Of a stretch of 64,000 nt of DNA, positions 40,686 through 53,195 are shown one piece after another. This stretch comes from Spizellomyces punctatus DAOM BR117 (lineage: Eukaryota): NCBI GenBank assembly GCA_000182565.2, contig KQ257451.1. The stretch is one strand, 5' to 3'. The position numbers and the translations under genes are program-made. Under the pieces are notes generated by a model. The model did no database searches. It had not been told where the DNA came from and saw only the letters and a program-made list of their open reading frames with translations. How positions within the stretch are numbered: the stretch's first letter is position 1; each line of letters begins with the position of its first letter.

Positions 40686-41208
40686 CTAGTGGGTTTATTG
40701 TATCTTTCTTGTTTTATATGTATATACATGGCGTGCAGACCGGAGCAAATGCAGTGACACTACCAAGCGCATCAAATGTCCGAACGCCCTAGTGGGCTCG
40801 CTACACTGGCCACATGTCCAGTCTTGAATCCAGAATGCACAATGCTATAAATATGTTGCAGCACTCAGTCTTCCTACAAGTAGCTACGATCATGTATCTT
40901 TCTGCTCTGTGTCGTTCACATCGTTATGCCCCAGCAATCTATGGACAGTTTGATTTTCTATCGTCTCGGCTCCATCGAAAATTGCAGGATGGGGTAGGGC
41001 AGCGGTGATCGACGTATTTAAATACGGATTTGGTTTGTGTATGTTGGTAACATTAAAAGTTTCCACACTATGATACAACCAGACTGAATGAATGAAACTA
41101 GATCAGTTTCCTTCCAAAGTTCACACATCATAGCAAACTAGATCGAACCTTTTTATCGTCAACGCACTCATGCCATTGCCCACGACAGTGTCATAATATA
41201 CAAACACG

Positions 41209-42166
41209 CTATGACACAGTCGGAATTGGGCGTCCAACAGAAAACTCAGGCTGACTATCGTTATTGAAACGTCTTCGCTTCGGACAATGGTTGGCATAAT
41301 GACCCTTCTCCCCGCACTGTCATCATACAATAGTTAGCCACACGGTAATTCACACAAAAAACTCCAACAATGACTTACTCTAAAGCAGGTCACCTCTTCT
41401 AGTGGTCGGAATGGTCTTCGTCCATCCATCATGTTGCCCTGCATTACATCCAACTGGCCAACGGAACCTACAGGGTTTTGTGAAGGCGGATCGAACTTCG
41501 GGTGTCCTAAGGAACATTCAGGGCCTTTTGGACAGAAGCCAGTAACATAGTTCTGACAAATGGCTTTCCGTACGTGCTTGTATCGGCATTCAGGGCCTGA
41601 TGAAGCACGGCCGAATGTGTGTTAGCTTCGTAAACGAGTCTCTGCATGGTAAATGGTTACCTACCTAGTTTGCAAAACCCGCGAGCATACCATGCGCAAT
41701 CTTTGATCTTTGATTCAGGATCGACATGGAGGTACATACACTCTGGATTGGAGCACTCTCCATATTTCGCGTAAAACCAGCATTCTGGCATTTTTTTCAG
41801 ATTATATTCGTGCAAGAACTCGCACAGCTCTCCCTTCTTGCATAGTCCTCTCAGCCAATGCTTGCAAACAACCGTCTTGTCGTTTCGCGCATGTCGGAAT
41901 TGGCAGCCAGCTCCCTTATGACAATAACCTTTGAGGTAGAACTTGCAGACATCTGATTGAGCGGACGAACGATCGCGGGTAATATCCAAATTCAGTTCGG
42001 ATACTAAGAAGGGCTCAAAGTCGAAAGATATATCGGTTGGAAGCGATGTGATTGTGGTAAACGACAGGGCTTCTGGGACTTTTGTTGTTGCAGTTGGTTT
42101 AGGTGTTGTCGATATTTCGCTGGATCCTCCTCCGTCCGGGACCGAAACGACTACGGGGATTGTCAT
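41209..42166 (-). CDS. YTH1: mRNA 3'-end processing factor Yth1/CPSF30 (five CCCH fingers plus a C-terminal CCHC knuckle)
   Basis: VCKHWLRGLCKKGELCEFLHEYNLKKMPECWFYAKYGECSNPECMYLH; RPLEEVTCFR|CGEKGHYANHC. Confidence 0.93.
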
Positions 42167-42443
42167 ATCGAAGGAGTCTATAAATGTACACAAGAGATGC
42201 GATGATACGTATTGTCGGGAGTTGCAAGTCCTGCTACAACACACAATTGCAACCGAAAATGATGCGAAGAAGATATTGCGAAGGAAGGAGCAACTTAAAG
42301 AAGATCCAAAGGATTATAAATGTGTAAACACGGGATAATCACATTATCACCATTGATGACTCACCAATGCCCAAACGTCGCGGGCTGGCAAGTTGGAAGA
42401 TCACTGTCCAATGCCTTCCCGAAATATAGATTAGACTACACAT

Positions 42444-45400
42444 ATGCCACACTCAAGAATATTCCCTGCTCCAGAACCCTCACCCCTACAAAGCCCATCA
42501 TATCACAACTATACTCCATTTCGAAATTCAGACACCCCTATAGTCATTGACAACGGGTCCAACCAGCTTCGAGCAGGATGGGCCACCGACGAAGTGCCTC
42601 GCTGTAGGTGTTCAGCAAGATACTGTCACTGCATGTGTTTTAGTGCACAGTATGCAGTCTTTGTCTTTGTCAATATATATGCGCAGGCTTTCTTACAAAC
42701 CGATCGCTTCTTATCGATACCTTGCAGTGCAGTTTGAAAATATTGTCGCAAAGTATAGGGGCAAGTCGACAAGAGATGCGCTGTTGGTGGGGAATGATGT
42801 CCATATTGGTGGGATGAGGTCCAATAGCAAATCGGCGTTTGAGTCTGGGGTGCTGATAAATTCTGCGACCTTTGTAAGATCTTGTCACAAGGTTGTAATT
42901 TGTTACTTACTGCAGACTAATGCACGCTGGCGATCTTTGTAGGAACACACTCTGGACTATGTGTTTTCAAAGCTGAGCATTGATACAGAACGGATATATC
43001 ATCCTATAGTGATGAGCGAGGCATTATGCACCCCATCTTACAGTCGAAAATGTAAGTCCAGTCCTGATATGGTTCATTATGGCAATTCAATCTGAAATGG
43101 ACGCTCGCTTCTCGCAGTGGTATCTGAGCTACTTTTCGAAGGATATCAGGTCCCTTCTGTTGCCTATGGGATAGACGCACTGTTTAGTTACTATGGAAAT
43201 CGTGGATCGTTCGACGCTGGAATGATCATTTCATCGGGCAACGTAGCTTCGAGCATAATTCCAGTCCTCGGGGGACGCGGTATCACGGAGCATTGTAAAC
43301 GGTATTTTTTGATCATTTTGATCACGCAAGTATCGTCGATTGCCGGCTGCTGACGATGACGGATTGCTCTTGTTGACTAGAATATCCTACGGGGGTCAAC
43401 ATTTGTCGGATTATATGCTGAAGCTGCTTCAATACAAGTATTCCTCGTTCCCACACAGAGTGACGCTCGACCAAGCACAGGTATGTATGATACTGTGTCA
43501 CCGACTGAGACAGTATCATTGAATCTTACGAGAATAGGAGTTAGTGAAGGAACATACGTATGTGTCCTTGGACTACATGGCAGAGCTGCGAGAGCTTGCT
43601 GTCCCAGAAAAGATCGATAAGAAGGAACACATAATTCAATTCCCCTTTGTGGATAAGGTTCGGCACACCTGGTCAATGCATTCATAATCGTACGGTGGCC
43701 AATGCCTCTTCCTCTATAGGTTGACGCCAGAGAAGCTCAGGAAGAGGCAGAGCGATTGAGTCAGAAAAGAAAAGAGCAAGGACGGCGGCTTCAGGAAATG
43801 GCTGCACGTAATCGCGAGGAAAAGGTTCGATATTTTTTAGTGTATACAAGTATTTTCTGCGGTCATACGCTCATGCGACGTTCTCTAGTTACAACGAGAA
43901 GAGGCAAATCTAGCGGACCTGACGGAGCTACAGAAAGCAAAGTCCTCGGAAACTCGAGCCGAATTCACGGTAACATTAGGCAGCATCCTTCCCAGCAGGT
44001 TCAATTGGTAGAGAACTGAATGGTTTTCTACAATAGGCCAGGTTGAGGAGTGCGGGTTTTCAGTCCGAGGCCGAGCTTGAAAGCGCAGTGAAGGCATCTG
44101 AAGCTGCCATAAAACGGATACGAAATCGCATGCAAGGAATTGAAGAACCGGAGGAAAAGGTAAGTCGGTAGAAGACCGCTCCTTTTTTTGTACGTTTAAT
44201 GAAGGAAATGTCCACATATTGCAGGTTGTGCCTTCCTTCCCTTTAGTGGACATCCCGGACAGCGAGTTATCGGAAGAGCAAAAAAAGGAGAAGAAGAAGC
44301 AACGATTGCTCAAGGCGGGCTGGGAGGCAAACGAACGCAAGAAAAGAGAAAAGGAAGAGGAACGGGCACGAGAGGTGAGTGAGGTTGTCATGGCTTGCGA
44401 AGACAAGTGATTAACAGGACCGGTCATGTAGGCTGAGCTCGCCCGACAAGAAGAGGAACGTAGACTGCGGGATCCTGATGGATGGCTTGAGGAGGTTAGA
44501 ACAAGGCGACAGGTATTAACACAGAGTTCGGAGACACACCGCTTTCTCGAACGAATTCGATTTCCAGTTTGCTAACTCACCATCGGATAGTTGTTGCTTG
44601 ATAAAGTACGGGCTCGATTGCGAAAAAAAGCGCAACTTACGGATCGCCGCAGCCGGGAGTCTCAAATGAGAATGAAGAATATAGCGTCCCTCGCAGCAGA
44701 GGAAACGCCAGTTAAGCGACGACGCGGAGGAAACAGCGGTAAGATTGAGATGATGTCAATATCTGTATTACACTTTTTCGCTGATATCTCTGTTGGGGAT
44801 CGCAGAGGACACGTTTGGGGCTAACGATGACGATTGGGGTATTTATCGCGAAATCGTAAGTGGCTACAAAGGGTTATGTATCCTGTTTTCGTTCCTTATT
44901 CCATTTGATGTGTAGAGCAGAGAAGAAGACAGCGATGAGGATGAGGATGCTGTAGCGCTTAGCAAGCTGGATGACTTGCTAATGACGCACGATCCCGGTT
45001 TTGTGCCAGAGAATCCATATGATGAGCGCCCATTCCAAAATACCATTATATTCCGCCTTGCCCATGGACCAAGAAACGTGGATCCGGAAGATCCGGCTAT
45101 TCAAAACCAGATTCACTTGAATGTAGAACGGATACGGGTTCCTGAAGTGCTTTTTCAGCCTAGCATTGTGGGGCTTGACCAAGCGGGGATCATCGAGACG
45201 TTTGCGGATATTCTAAAGCGGTTTTCTGCGGAGCAGCAGACCCGAATGGTGCAGGTCAGTCTCTCTAGTCTGCCATTAAAGGCCGATAATGCTGACTCAT
45301 GCGAGTTTTTGTAGAGCGTGCTTATTACCGGCGGTAATACCCTGTTCACAAATATGGCACAAAGAATAGAAAATGACATTCGTGCTCTACGTCCATATGG

Positions 45401-45590
45401 CTCATCGATACGTGTTTTACGCGCTGCAGATCCTCAACTGGATGCTTGGAAAGGAGCAGCCCGATGGGCATCCTCCGACAGTGATGGTTTCAAACAAAGT
45501 GTTGTTACAAAGGAAATGTACGATGAGTACGGCCACGACTATCTCGTGGAGCATCCTATGAGTAACAAATATTGGCGCATGCAGGGATGA
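42444..45590 (+). CDS. ARP5: Actin-related protein 5 (INO80 complex)
   Basis: PIVIDNGSNQLRAGW, SELLFEGYQVPSVAYGIDALFS, RRLQEMAA, KKKQRLLKAG, MRMKNIASLA, DTFGANDDDWGIYR, QIHLNVERIRVPEVLFQP, LDAWKGAARW. Confidence 0.95.
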
Positions 45591-45688
45591 TGGGGTCAAG
45601 GCGGCTGTTTCGCTACAAATCATGTAAATTTGAAAATGTAATGTACATATATGGTTTCCATATTATATAGCCAAGGGGATAGGTCGAT

Positions 45689-47619
45689 TTACAGTTCTTC
45701 ATGGCCAGCCTTTTTCTCCTCCTTTTTCTTGTTTTCCGCTTCAGCGGCCTCTTTCTCCTTTTTGATCCTATCAGCCTGCTCGTCGTCATACTTTTGTTTC
45801 GCCTCCCATTCCGGTATTTTATTCTTCATAAATGTTTCTTTGGCAAACTTTCTCGCCTCTTCCACTGAATCCGTGATGATAATGTCGTCGAATAGTGAAC
45901 CAGCAGTAACCTGCCCAGAGCTCAAAAGCGATATAGGCTGACTTGTAGGCATATATCTCACTGTCAAAGACTAGCAGAAACGGGGTAAATCAATGTTTGA
46001 AATGTACGGCTGGAAGAACGATTTTTGGGGAGGTCTTACAATATGCGGGGTTATCGATTTCTGGATGAACCCAAGTCCCGTTGTACGCGGGGTTTGGGAG
46101 TTGCTAAAGAAATGGGGCAGAGTGAGTGGCTGCCATTCCCCCCATCTTACGTTCCGTTGGCCTACCCTTGGTTTCCATTCTCCCTTCCAGGCCGGATTTG
46201 GTACCATTGGTTGGTACCATTCCCCATTTTCCTCCTCATCCCTGAATCAACAAGAGGTATGAGCTTCTATTTTTTTTTAATGTCCGTGAACATGATTCTT
46301 TTACCAGTCATCTGGAGGTGGGTCATTGGGGTCTGGAATTTCTTCAGGTTCATCTTCCCAGTCGCTTGGCATAAAGTCATCCGGATCCGGAATCGTTTCT
46401 CGATCTAATAATATATGACATGAACTTTAGTAACGCTTTTTCAAAAAATGTTTTTTTTTCTGTTTCTGAAATAACTTGATCATACCGTCCCAATTTTCCG
46501 GTCTGCTGACATTGGGATCCTTGATTCTCTTTGGAGGCAAAAAGTTGAAATCTTCGAGTAGTGACCCAGAGTGCTCTTCTTCATTGTCGACCAAAACTTG
46601 ATAAGTTTGGTTTGGGTGAAGAATCAGCGTGTACAGGTCTGCAATGGACAATATATCAGTCAACATGTGGCTAATTGGATGATGATGGTTGGAAGATACA
46701 TACGAGTAAGCTGGTCGGTTGCTGGGTACATGTCGACATTGACCAGATGGTTTTCTCCCTTGTAATTAAAAATCAGGTGCACCTTCCTTGTGTTGCCACC
46801 GCAGATATCCGGTCCGAACACTTTTTAAAGAGCCAGTAAGTACCATGCGCCGGCATTGCAATAATGAGTATTACAAGACAAACGTACTTATATTGTAATT
46901 CTGGAGACGAAAAACAAGTGTGAGTGAGTAGATTTATCGAGTTACGATGCAAATGATTTTGGACCTACCGTTTCTCCATTGAAGCCCAAAACGTTGATTC
47001 CCGGCGGAAGGATCTGAGGACGCTGTTTGAGTATTGACGACGATTATGGAACGATCGGGTATCAATCATCACCTTGAGGTAACCACCAGCGCAATCTTTT
47101 CATGGCCAAGATACAGAATGATCAGAAAAAAAAAAGTTGTCGAGACTGGCTTGCTGTCGTGTACTTACTTGCTCCATTCTCAAACTTTACCGTATACTGT
47201 ATAACCAGCGTTTTATTCTTGTTGTCAAACTCTTTATCAAAAGGAGCCGTAATTGCATAATATCTGGCGTCTTGGGTCGTCTGCAAAGCTGTCCGGGAAA
47301 AAGTGAGCCTCGGATTCTGTTTTTGAAAGGGGAACACCAGGCGGAACCAAACCTCGATTGGCCACGGCGTCTGCATAAAACGCCCCTGTAGAGACGTTGA
47401 AAGCGCCATATGAGCTATCGTGAGTTGACTGAACCCATCTCTTTTTCCAAGAGTCTGTAGGCAAGGTTGAGTTGATTAGAATCCGACGCTATGCAAGGAA
47501 GTTCCACGGAATGGCGCTTTCACTAAACAACCATCATCAAAAGATTCTTTAAAATATATTTCACCTCGGACGAGGACAGGGACGACAAAGAGAGAAGCTA
47601 GCGCCAATAGGCACTTCAT
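45689..47619 (-). CDS. CALR: Calreticulin (soluble ER lectin chaperone, HEEL terminus); apparent +1 frameshift at 45914-45916
   Basis: Signal peptide, KTLVIQYTVK, CAGGYLK, YNIMFGPDICG, P-domain repeats (IKDP, IPDP, GEWKPR), FELW/QVTAGSLFDDIIITD, no TM helix, ends GHEEL*. Confidence 0.9.
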
Positions 47620-48043
47620 AGTGAGGTAGATTCAATGATATTGAACGCTTTTGATGGGTAGGATAAAAAGTTCATGCATAAAGTGATGAGGAACGAAAGC
47701 AAACGTCGGGGCGGATCTTGGCAGCAGGAAAGGCTGACCACAGCCGCCCAAAGGTTTTTAACTTTAAAAGGCATCATGTATTACAGAAACTGATAGAATC
47801 CTTCTCCTTCTTGTTCTGGCTGTAACATTGGTAGAGCTTTCTGCTCGTTTGTTCAAGGCAAAAAGATGGGGGGCGCTTTGAGACAGGTCTTGAATTGTTT
47901 TCGAGTTTGAAACCGTTCGAGGACGCGATCTATTAGCTAATGAGGGTGGCTTATATTGCTTACATACGCAGATTAGGGCTCCAAAATCTCTTTATTTGGC
48001 TGTCATCCAGCTGGAATTCAACTGCCGTGATCTACTATGTATA

Positions 48044-50208
48044 TTACACTTTGAGCCGAAAAGCAGCAACCGGCTCTGCTTGCAAAGCATCAAACAACCC
48101 TCCCCCTTCATCTCCATCGCCAGCGAGAGTTTCTCCTCCATGCGCGGCTTTGGGTGCGGATGGGGAGTCGTATACCTTTCGCTTCTCGCCCGCACCTTTA
48201 CTGGGAAACGTCGGGAAAAGTGATGGATCTTTGGGTAACGGATTTTCCCTGCATGCAAAATTAGAATAAGTGGGTGTTTGGCAAGAACATAATTGGCTAA
48301 CAGGTCGACGTACGTAAAATATGGATGGCGGAGTGCTTCTTCTGCTGTGATGCGCTTTTCAGGATCATATGTTAAAAGCCTTGTCATCAGATTTAATCCA
48401 TTCTCGGTCAAATAAGGAAATCTGCTTCTGAGGTTGTTATATCTGGAGCGCAGGAGAAAGAATACTTTAGGTTTTGGTACCTTATCAAGGAACAACGGCT
48501 CGATGGCACAAACGTGCCCCCACGTACGGTTGATTTGCGAAGCTGAATGTCTTACAACCAGGTAAGTCTGCCATGCCTGGCCACGTCCGCTCAGTTGGAG
48601 TCCCCAATAGCTGGAACATCTATTCAACAATTTGATCAGATTGTGGGACTAATATGCCATTGTGCATTCGCCGCATACCTTTTTCAGTTGATCTATTTCG
48701 CCTCGCCCGGGTAATAGCGGCTCCTTGTTTACTAGTTCACCAAAAATGCAGCCGACAGACCATATATCTATCGCAGTTGTATACTCCTTTGCCCCCAATA
48801 GTAATTCTGGTGCCCTTTTGGTACCAGCGTTTTTTAGACAAGAAAACCCCACACATTACTGCACAAGCTTATTATACTCACCTATACNNNNNNNNNNNNN
48901 NNNNNNNNNNNNNNNNNNNNNNNNNNNNNNNNNNNNNNNNNNNNNNNNNNNNNNNNNNNNNNNNNNNNNNNNNNNNNNNNNNNNNNNNNNNNNNNNNNNN
49001 NNNNNNNNNNNNNNNNNNNNNNNNNNNNNNNNNNNNNNNNNNNNNNNNNNNNNNNNNNNNNNNNNNNNNNNNNNNNNNNNNNNNNNNNNNNNNNNNNNNN
49101 NNNNNNNNNNNNNNNNNNNNNNNNNNNNNNNNNNNNNNNNNNNNNNNNNNNNNNNNNNNNNNNNNNNNNNNNNNNNNNNNNNNNNNNNNNCCAAGTCAAG
49201 TGCATAATCAATATGAGATCAAGGAAAAAAGACATGTTCGGTCATGACATACCCGCGCATGCTCGGTGTAACAACGATTTCCTTCACGTTCACAATGTTG
49301 GGATGCTTAGCCAAAAGCAATGTATGAATTTCTCTCAATGATGTGACGGGGAAACCGTTATTTTCATTTTCCAGCTTCAGTTTCTTGAGTGCAACAATTT
49401 CTCCGGTCTGCCTATCCCGTGCTCTGTACACAACCCCGTAAGCACCTTCCTCTATTCGATTCAGTTTTTCATAGTTATCCACATTGCGGCAGGAGACAAG
49501 AGGAGGGCCAATCAGTCTGGTACGACGCGGTGGGGCAATGGGTGGGATGAATTCTGCCTCCATTGGAGCTTGAGTGCCGTCTGATGCATCATTTACTGAT
49601 ATCGGTCCCACAGATGTTCGGTCGTTAGAGCTATGTGATGGGGAAGGTTGATACTGCGGTGTTTTATCTGCATCATCCTGTGACGCAGCCTCAGCCGCTT
49701 CAGGTCTCTGTCTCTTGAGTGAAGGCTGGTCAACTTCTGGTGTCTCTTCGTCAGAGGCTGGCACGCCACGCTTTCGGTGCAAAAGGTCCGCAGCTCCCTC
49801 AACCTTCTTCGTTGCCTCCTCCTTCCCCTTCTTTCGACTAGATGCCTTCCTACCGTCCCTCTTTTTGGTAGCATTTTCGTCCGAGTCTTCTTCCGATTCC
49901 CACTTTGACTTTTGCTTGGCCTTCTTTCGCACCTGCAACGGAGATTCCCCAACGGAACTGTGTAGGGTGTTGGGTGCAACATTGTCCAACAGAGTTGAAG
50001 CATCCGTCATATGGGATGGTCCACTCGATTCAGGTGATGTGATGACTTTGGCTGCATTGCTCTCCGTCCGCTCAATGTCTACCATTGTTTCAAGCTGACC
50101 ATTCTGAGCGTGTATGCCAACGTCAGATACATTTGCCTGCAGCTCGCCCTCCTCAAGATTATCAGTGGTTGCCGAGACGTCTTGCGCTTGATTTCCTGGT
50201 TGCGCCAT
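48044..50208 (-). CDS. CDK11: Cyclin-dependent kinase CDK11/PITSLRE-like (middle falls in assembly gap 48888-49190)
   Basis: [83 protein letters not shown]. Confidence 0.9.
48888..49190. other. Assembly gap (N run)
   Basis: Run of n inside the CDK11-like gene. Confidence 1.
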
Positions 50209-51268
50209 TTATCGTTCAATGTTGGTCATGGAGTCACGGCGAGCGTCGGTTGAATCTACAAGAACCTATAATGTTGCTACTGAAGAGCGAGTGTAATTTC
50301 TGGTGATCTCGATCCCTGGTCAGGTGACCATATCACCAAGCGGGGGTCGTCATGGTTGATGTTCGATCACTCTGCAGGCCTGTGGACGGGCGCAACACAC
50401 AACCTTGACTTGATACCACAAATTGATGGAGGCATGTTCTGCGAATGGCACACGCACGCATCTTGCAAACACTGTTATCGGCCATCAGATCGAGCAGTTT
50501 GTGAATATCTGATGTTTCTACCAAGCAAATTCAGCTTGAGGCACAACTGCCTTTGAAAGTGTGGAAAATATATTGGATAGGCTATATGGCAATACGGGTT
50601 GAAACTGACAAAACTCGAACAACACTATAAAAAGCGTTGATCAACTCTGCAAAGAGATGAGCAAAAGCCGTATGTCCGTGCTCTCGGATGCATGATGAAC
50701 AAAGATTACATTGCAATCAAAAGCTAAAACCCATTCAAACCAATTCATGATGACGAGACAGTTCGCCTCCCAAACAAGAAAAAAAAAATAGACAAAAAAA
50801 AAGAAAAAACAGTCCTTCTGGAAAGGGCAAGAAATCCAAACTCTTTATTTACGCCCTGGCCATACGCCAAATGTCACAAAACTCCTAGAGTTGTTCAGTT
50901 GCTAAAAGAGATATCATTCCCTCTCAACAACAACAACAAAATGCCCTTTTCTCCTACGCCCTTTTTCTTCTTCAACAAACAAATCGCAGTAGGGAAAGCA
51001 AACTGAAAGTTGAATTGCCCCCCGCCTTCATTCCTCTCTTTCTTCCCACACGACGCGCTTTTCATAAACAGAAAAAAAAAAAACTTTGGTCTCTTGAAAA
51101 AAAAAATATTTTTTTTTGTTAGCAAACTGTTTAGAAGGAAGGAACTTGGTGTATTTGAACCGTTCTCCTTTTTTTTTTTTTTCTATTTTACAAGGGCCTT
51201 GTTGGCTCCTCCCCCCCTCAGCCTTTTTTTTATTTTTGTACATACCACCAACAGTCCCGTTTGCACAT

Positions 51269-51685
51269 ATGCCTGTAGAAATGCCCGGTCATCCCATGCA
51301 CCACCATCACGATTTTGCGTCAGAGCTGCAACGCATGTCACAGGTAATTAGCAACTCACTGTGTCGCAGAGTTGACAATGGCCATATTCAAAATGTCCCC
51401 GTGCAGCCATCCCGCGATGCCTTTGTCCAAAATGCCCCTTACCCGTACTATTGGAAGCGGGAGGCCCCACCACCACAACCTGGCTTTCCTATGGAAGGTG
51501 GACAGCAAAAGCGACGAAAGATAGACCTCGAGCATACCATCGATCAAACGTGTCGGGAACACACCAAACACGATTACGCTCAGGCTCAAGCGAAAGCATA
51601 TCATCAATCACAGCAACACTATCACGAGCAACAGCAACAGCAGTATCAGCAGCAACAACAACAGCAACAGCGACTTCAACAACAA

Positions 51686-51731
<46 letters not shown>

Positions 51732-51749
51732 GACAGCAACAGCGACTTC

Positions 51750-51789
<40 letters not shown>

Positions 51790-53090
51790 GCAGCAGCAGC
51801 AGCAACGCCAGCGCGAAGCCAACTTTCAGCAAAATGCCGATCTACGAAGAGACCTGTCTCCCAAGGCCATGCGTGTCCAGAGTTTGGTCATTGAAGACGG
51901 CAGCAAGCGCAACATTGCTGATGATCGCTCTGAACCGCTCTCCCCCTATCCCATCGGCGCATCCCCAGATTCAGATCCCGACGGAAAACCTTTTCACTGC
52001 GACCACCCTGGATGTGACAAAAAGTACAAGAAACTTAATGGTCTAATCTACCACCGCCAGACCGCCCATTCTCCTGTGGGACTAAACGACCCTAAACCTT
52101 TTAAATGCACAATGCCGGGTTGCGACAAGGCATATCGAAATTCAAATGGACTAGGTGAGCAATGTTTGATGGAAAGCAATCGCAAATCTGGTGGATATTG
52201 ACCTTGTGTCGCTGTATAGCCTATCACTTGGAGAAGGGTCATGGCAGTGGCGTAGGAAATGGTTCTACCACCCCGCGGACAAGAGAAGCTGTCGAAAAGC
52301 CGTACGTGTGTCCTTACAAAGGATGCGGCAAGGCATACAAGAATCCCAACGGTCTAGGTAAAAATTGTTACAACACAAAAGAGATTGAATCAATATCGCT
52401 TATCATATACCTTTGCGGAATAGCCTACCATTTGCAAAAAGGCAAAGCCACGGGCCACAATATCGAGGTGGAGTCACCAAATGGAATCAGGACATACGTT
52501 TGTGCAGGTACGTAGTTTATCTTTGGAGGATGTTGAACGATGCATGTTTTAATACTCATTTTTATTGAGCAGTTCCTGGATGTGGAAAAACCTACAAAAG
52601 CCCCCAAGGACTAGCCGACCATATCGAAAGAGCGCACGCCGATATGGACCCTTTGGTGAGTCCCTCCGACGCCCCCGCCAGTCGTATCCTCGAATGTCCA
52701 TCGTGCATGAGACAATTCCGAAGTCTCAACAGGTTCGTATCTCTACAGCTCGGTCGACATTTTAACAGCTCGTATTGATGCGTTGATTTTCTTATTAGCT
52801 TGGAATACCACACATCGACAGTCCACAACCATAATTCCCGGGTGAACTCAAAATCACGCCCAGATCCCGCCGCCGCCCACATTGCCGCCAACACAACTGT
52901 GAAACGTAATCACTTGCAACACCAACAAGGTTTTGACGAACGTCAACCGCATCATGCTGGCCATTATCAAGCGTTTCATCCATTTTATGATCAGGAGGAT
53001 GAGGAGGACTTTTCGGATGATGAAAGCACCTCAGAAGCGGACCAAACTTCTACGCTCATGGACCGCCGGTTGGAAGTTGTTGCAGCATGA
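51269..53090 (+). CDS. C2H2 zinc-finger transcription factor with polyQ tract (five fingers, Sfp1-like finger type)
   Basis: KPFHCDHPGCDKKYKKLNGLIYH, KPFKCTMPGCDKAYRNSNGLAYH, KPYVCPYKGCGKAYKNPNGLAYH, YVCAVPGCGKTYKSPQGLADH, LECPSCMRQFRSLNSLEYH. Confidence 0.88.
51628..51805 (+). repeat. CAA/CAG microsatellite encoding polyglutamine
   Basis: Mixed (CAACAG)n, (CAA)n and (CAG)n blocks inside the zinc-finger gene. Confidence 0.95.
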
Positions 53091-53195
53091 TAGTGTCCTA
53101 TACCCTTTCACTATTTGTATCCCATACATACTTGCAAAACAGCTATCGTACAACCCTACAGCCCCTTTCTATGATATTTTATATTGTCTGGAATA

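Noticed and set aside
50301-50338. Nested inverted repeat upstream of CDK11 (TGGTGAT..TGGTCA-GG-TGACCA..ATCACCA)
   Set aside because: Short and asymmetric; could be chance or a simple E-box-like site, with no supporting evidence.
51451-51894. Alternative-frame and antisense ORFs (poly-Thr/Ala, poly-Leu) over the polyQ
   Set aside because: Shadows of the CAA/CAG repeat; most other short ORFs in the track are likewise shadows of real exons.
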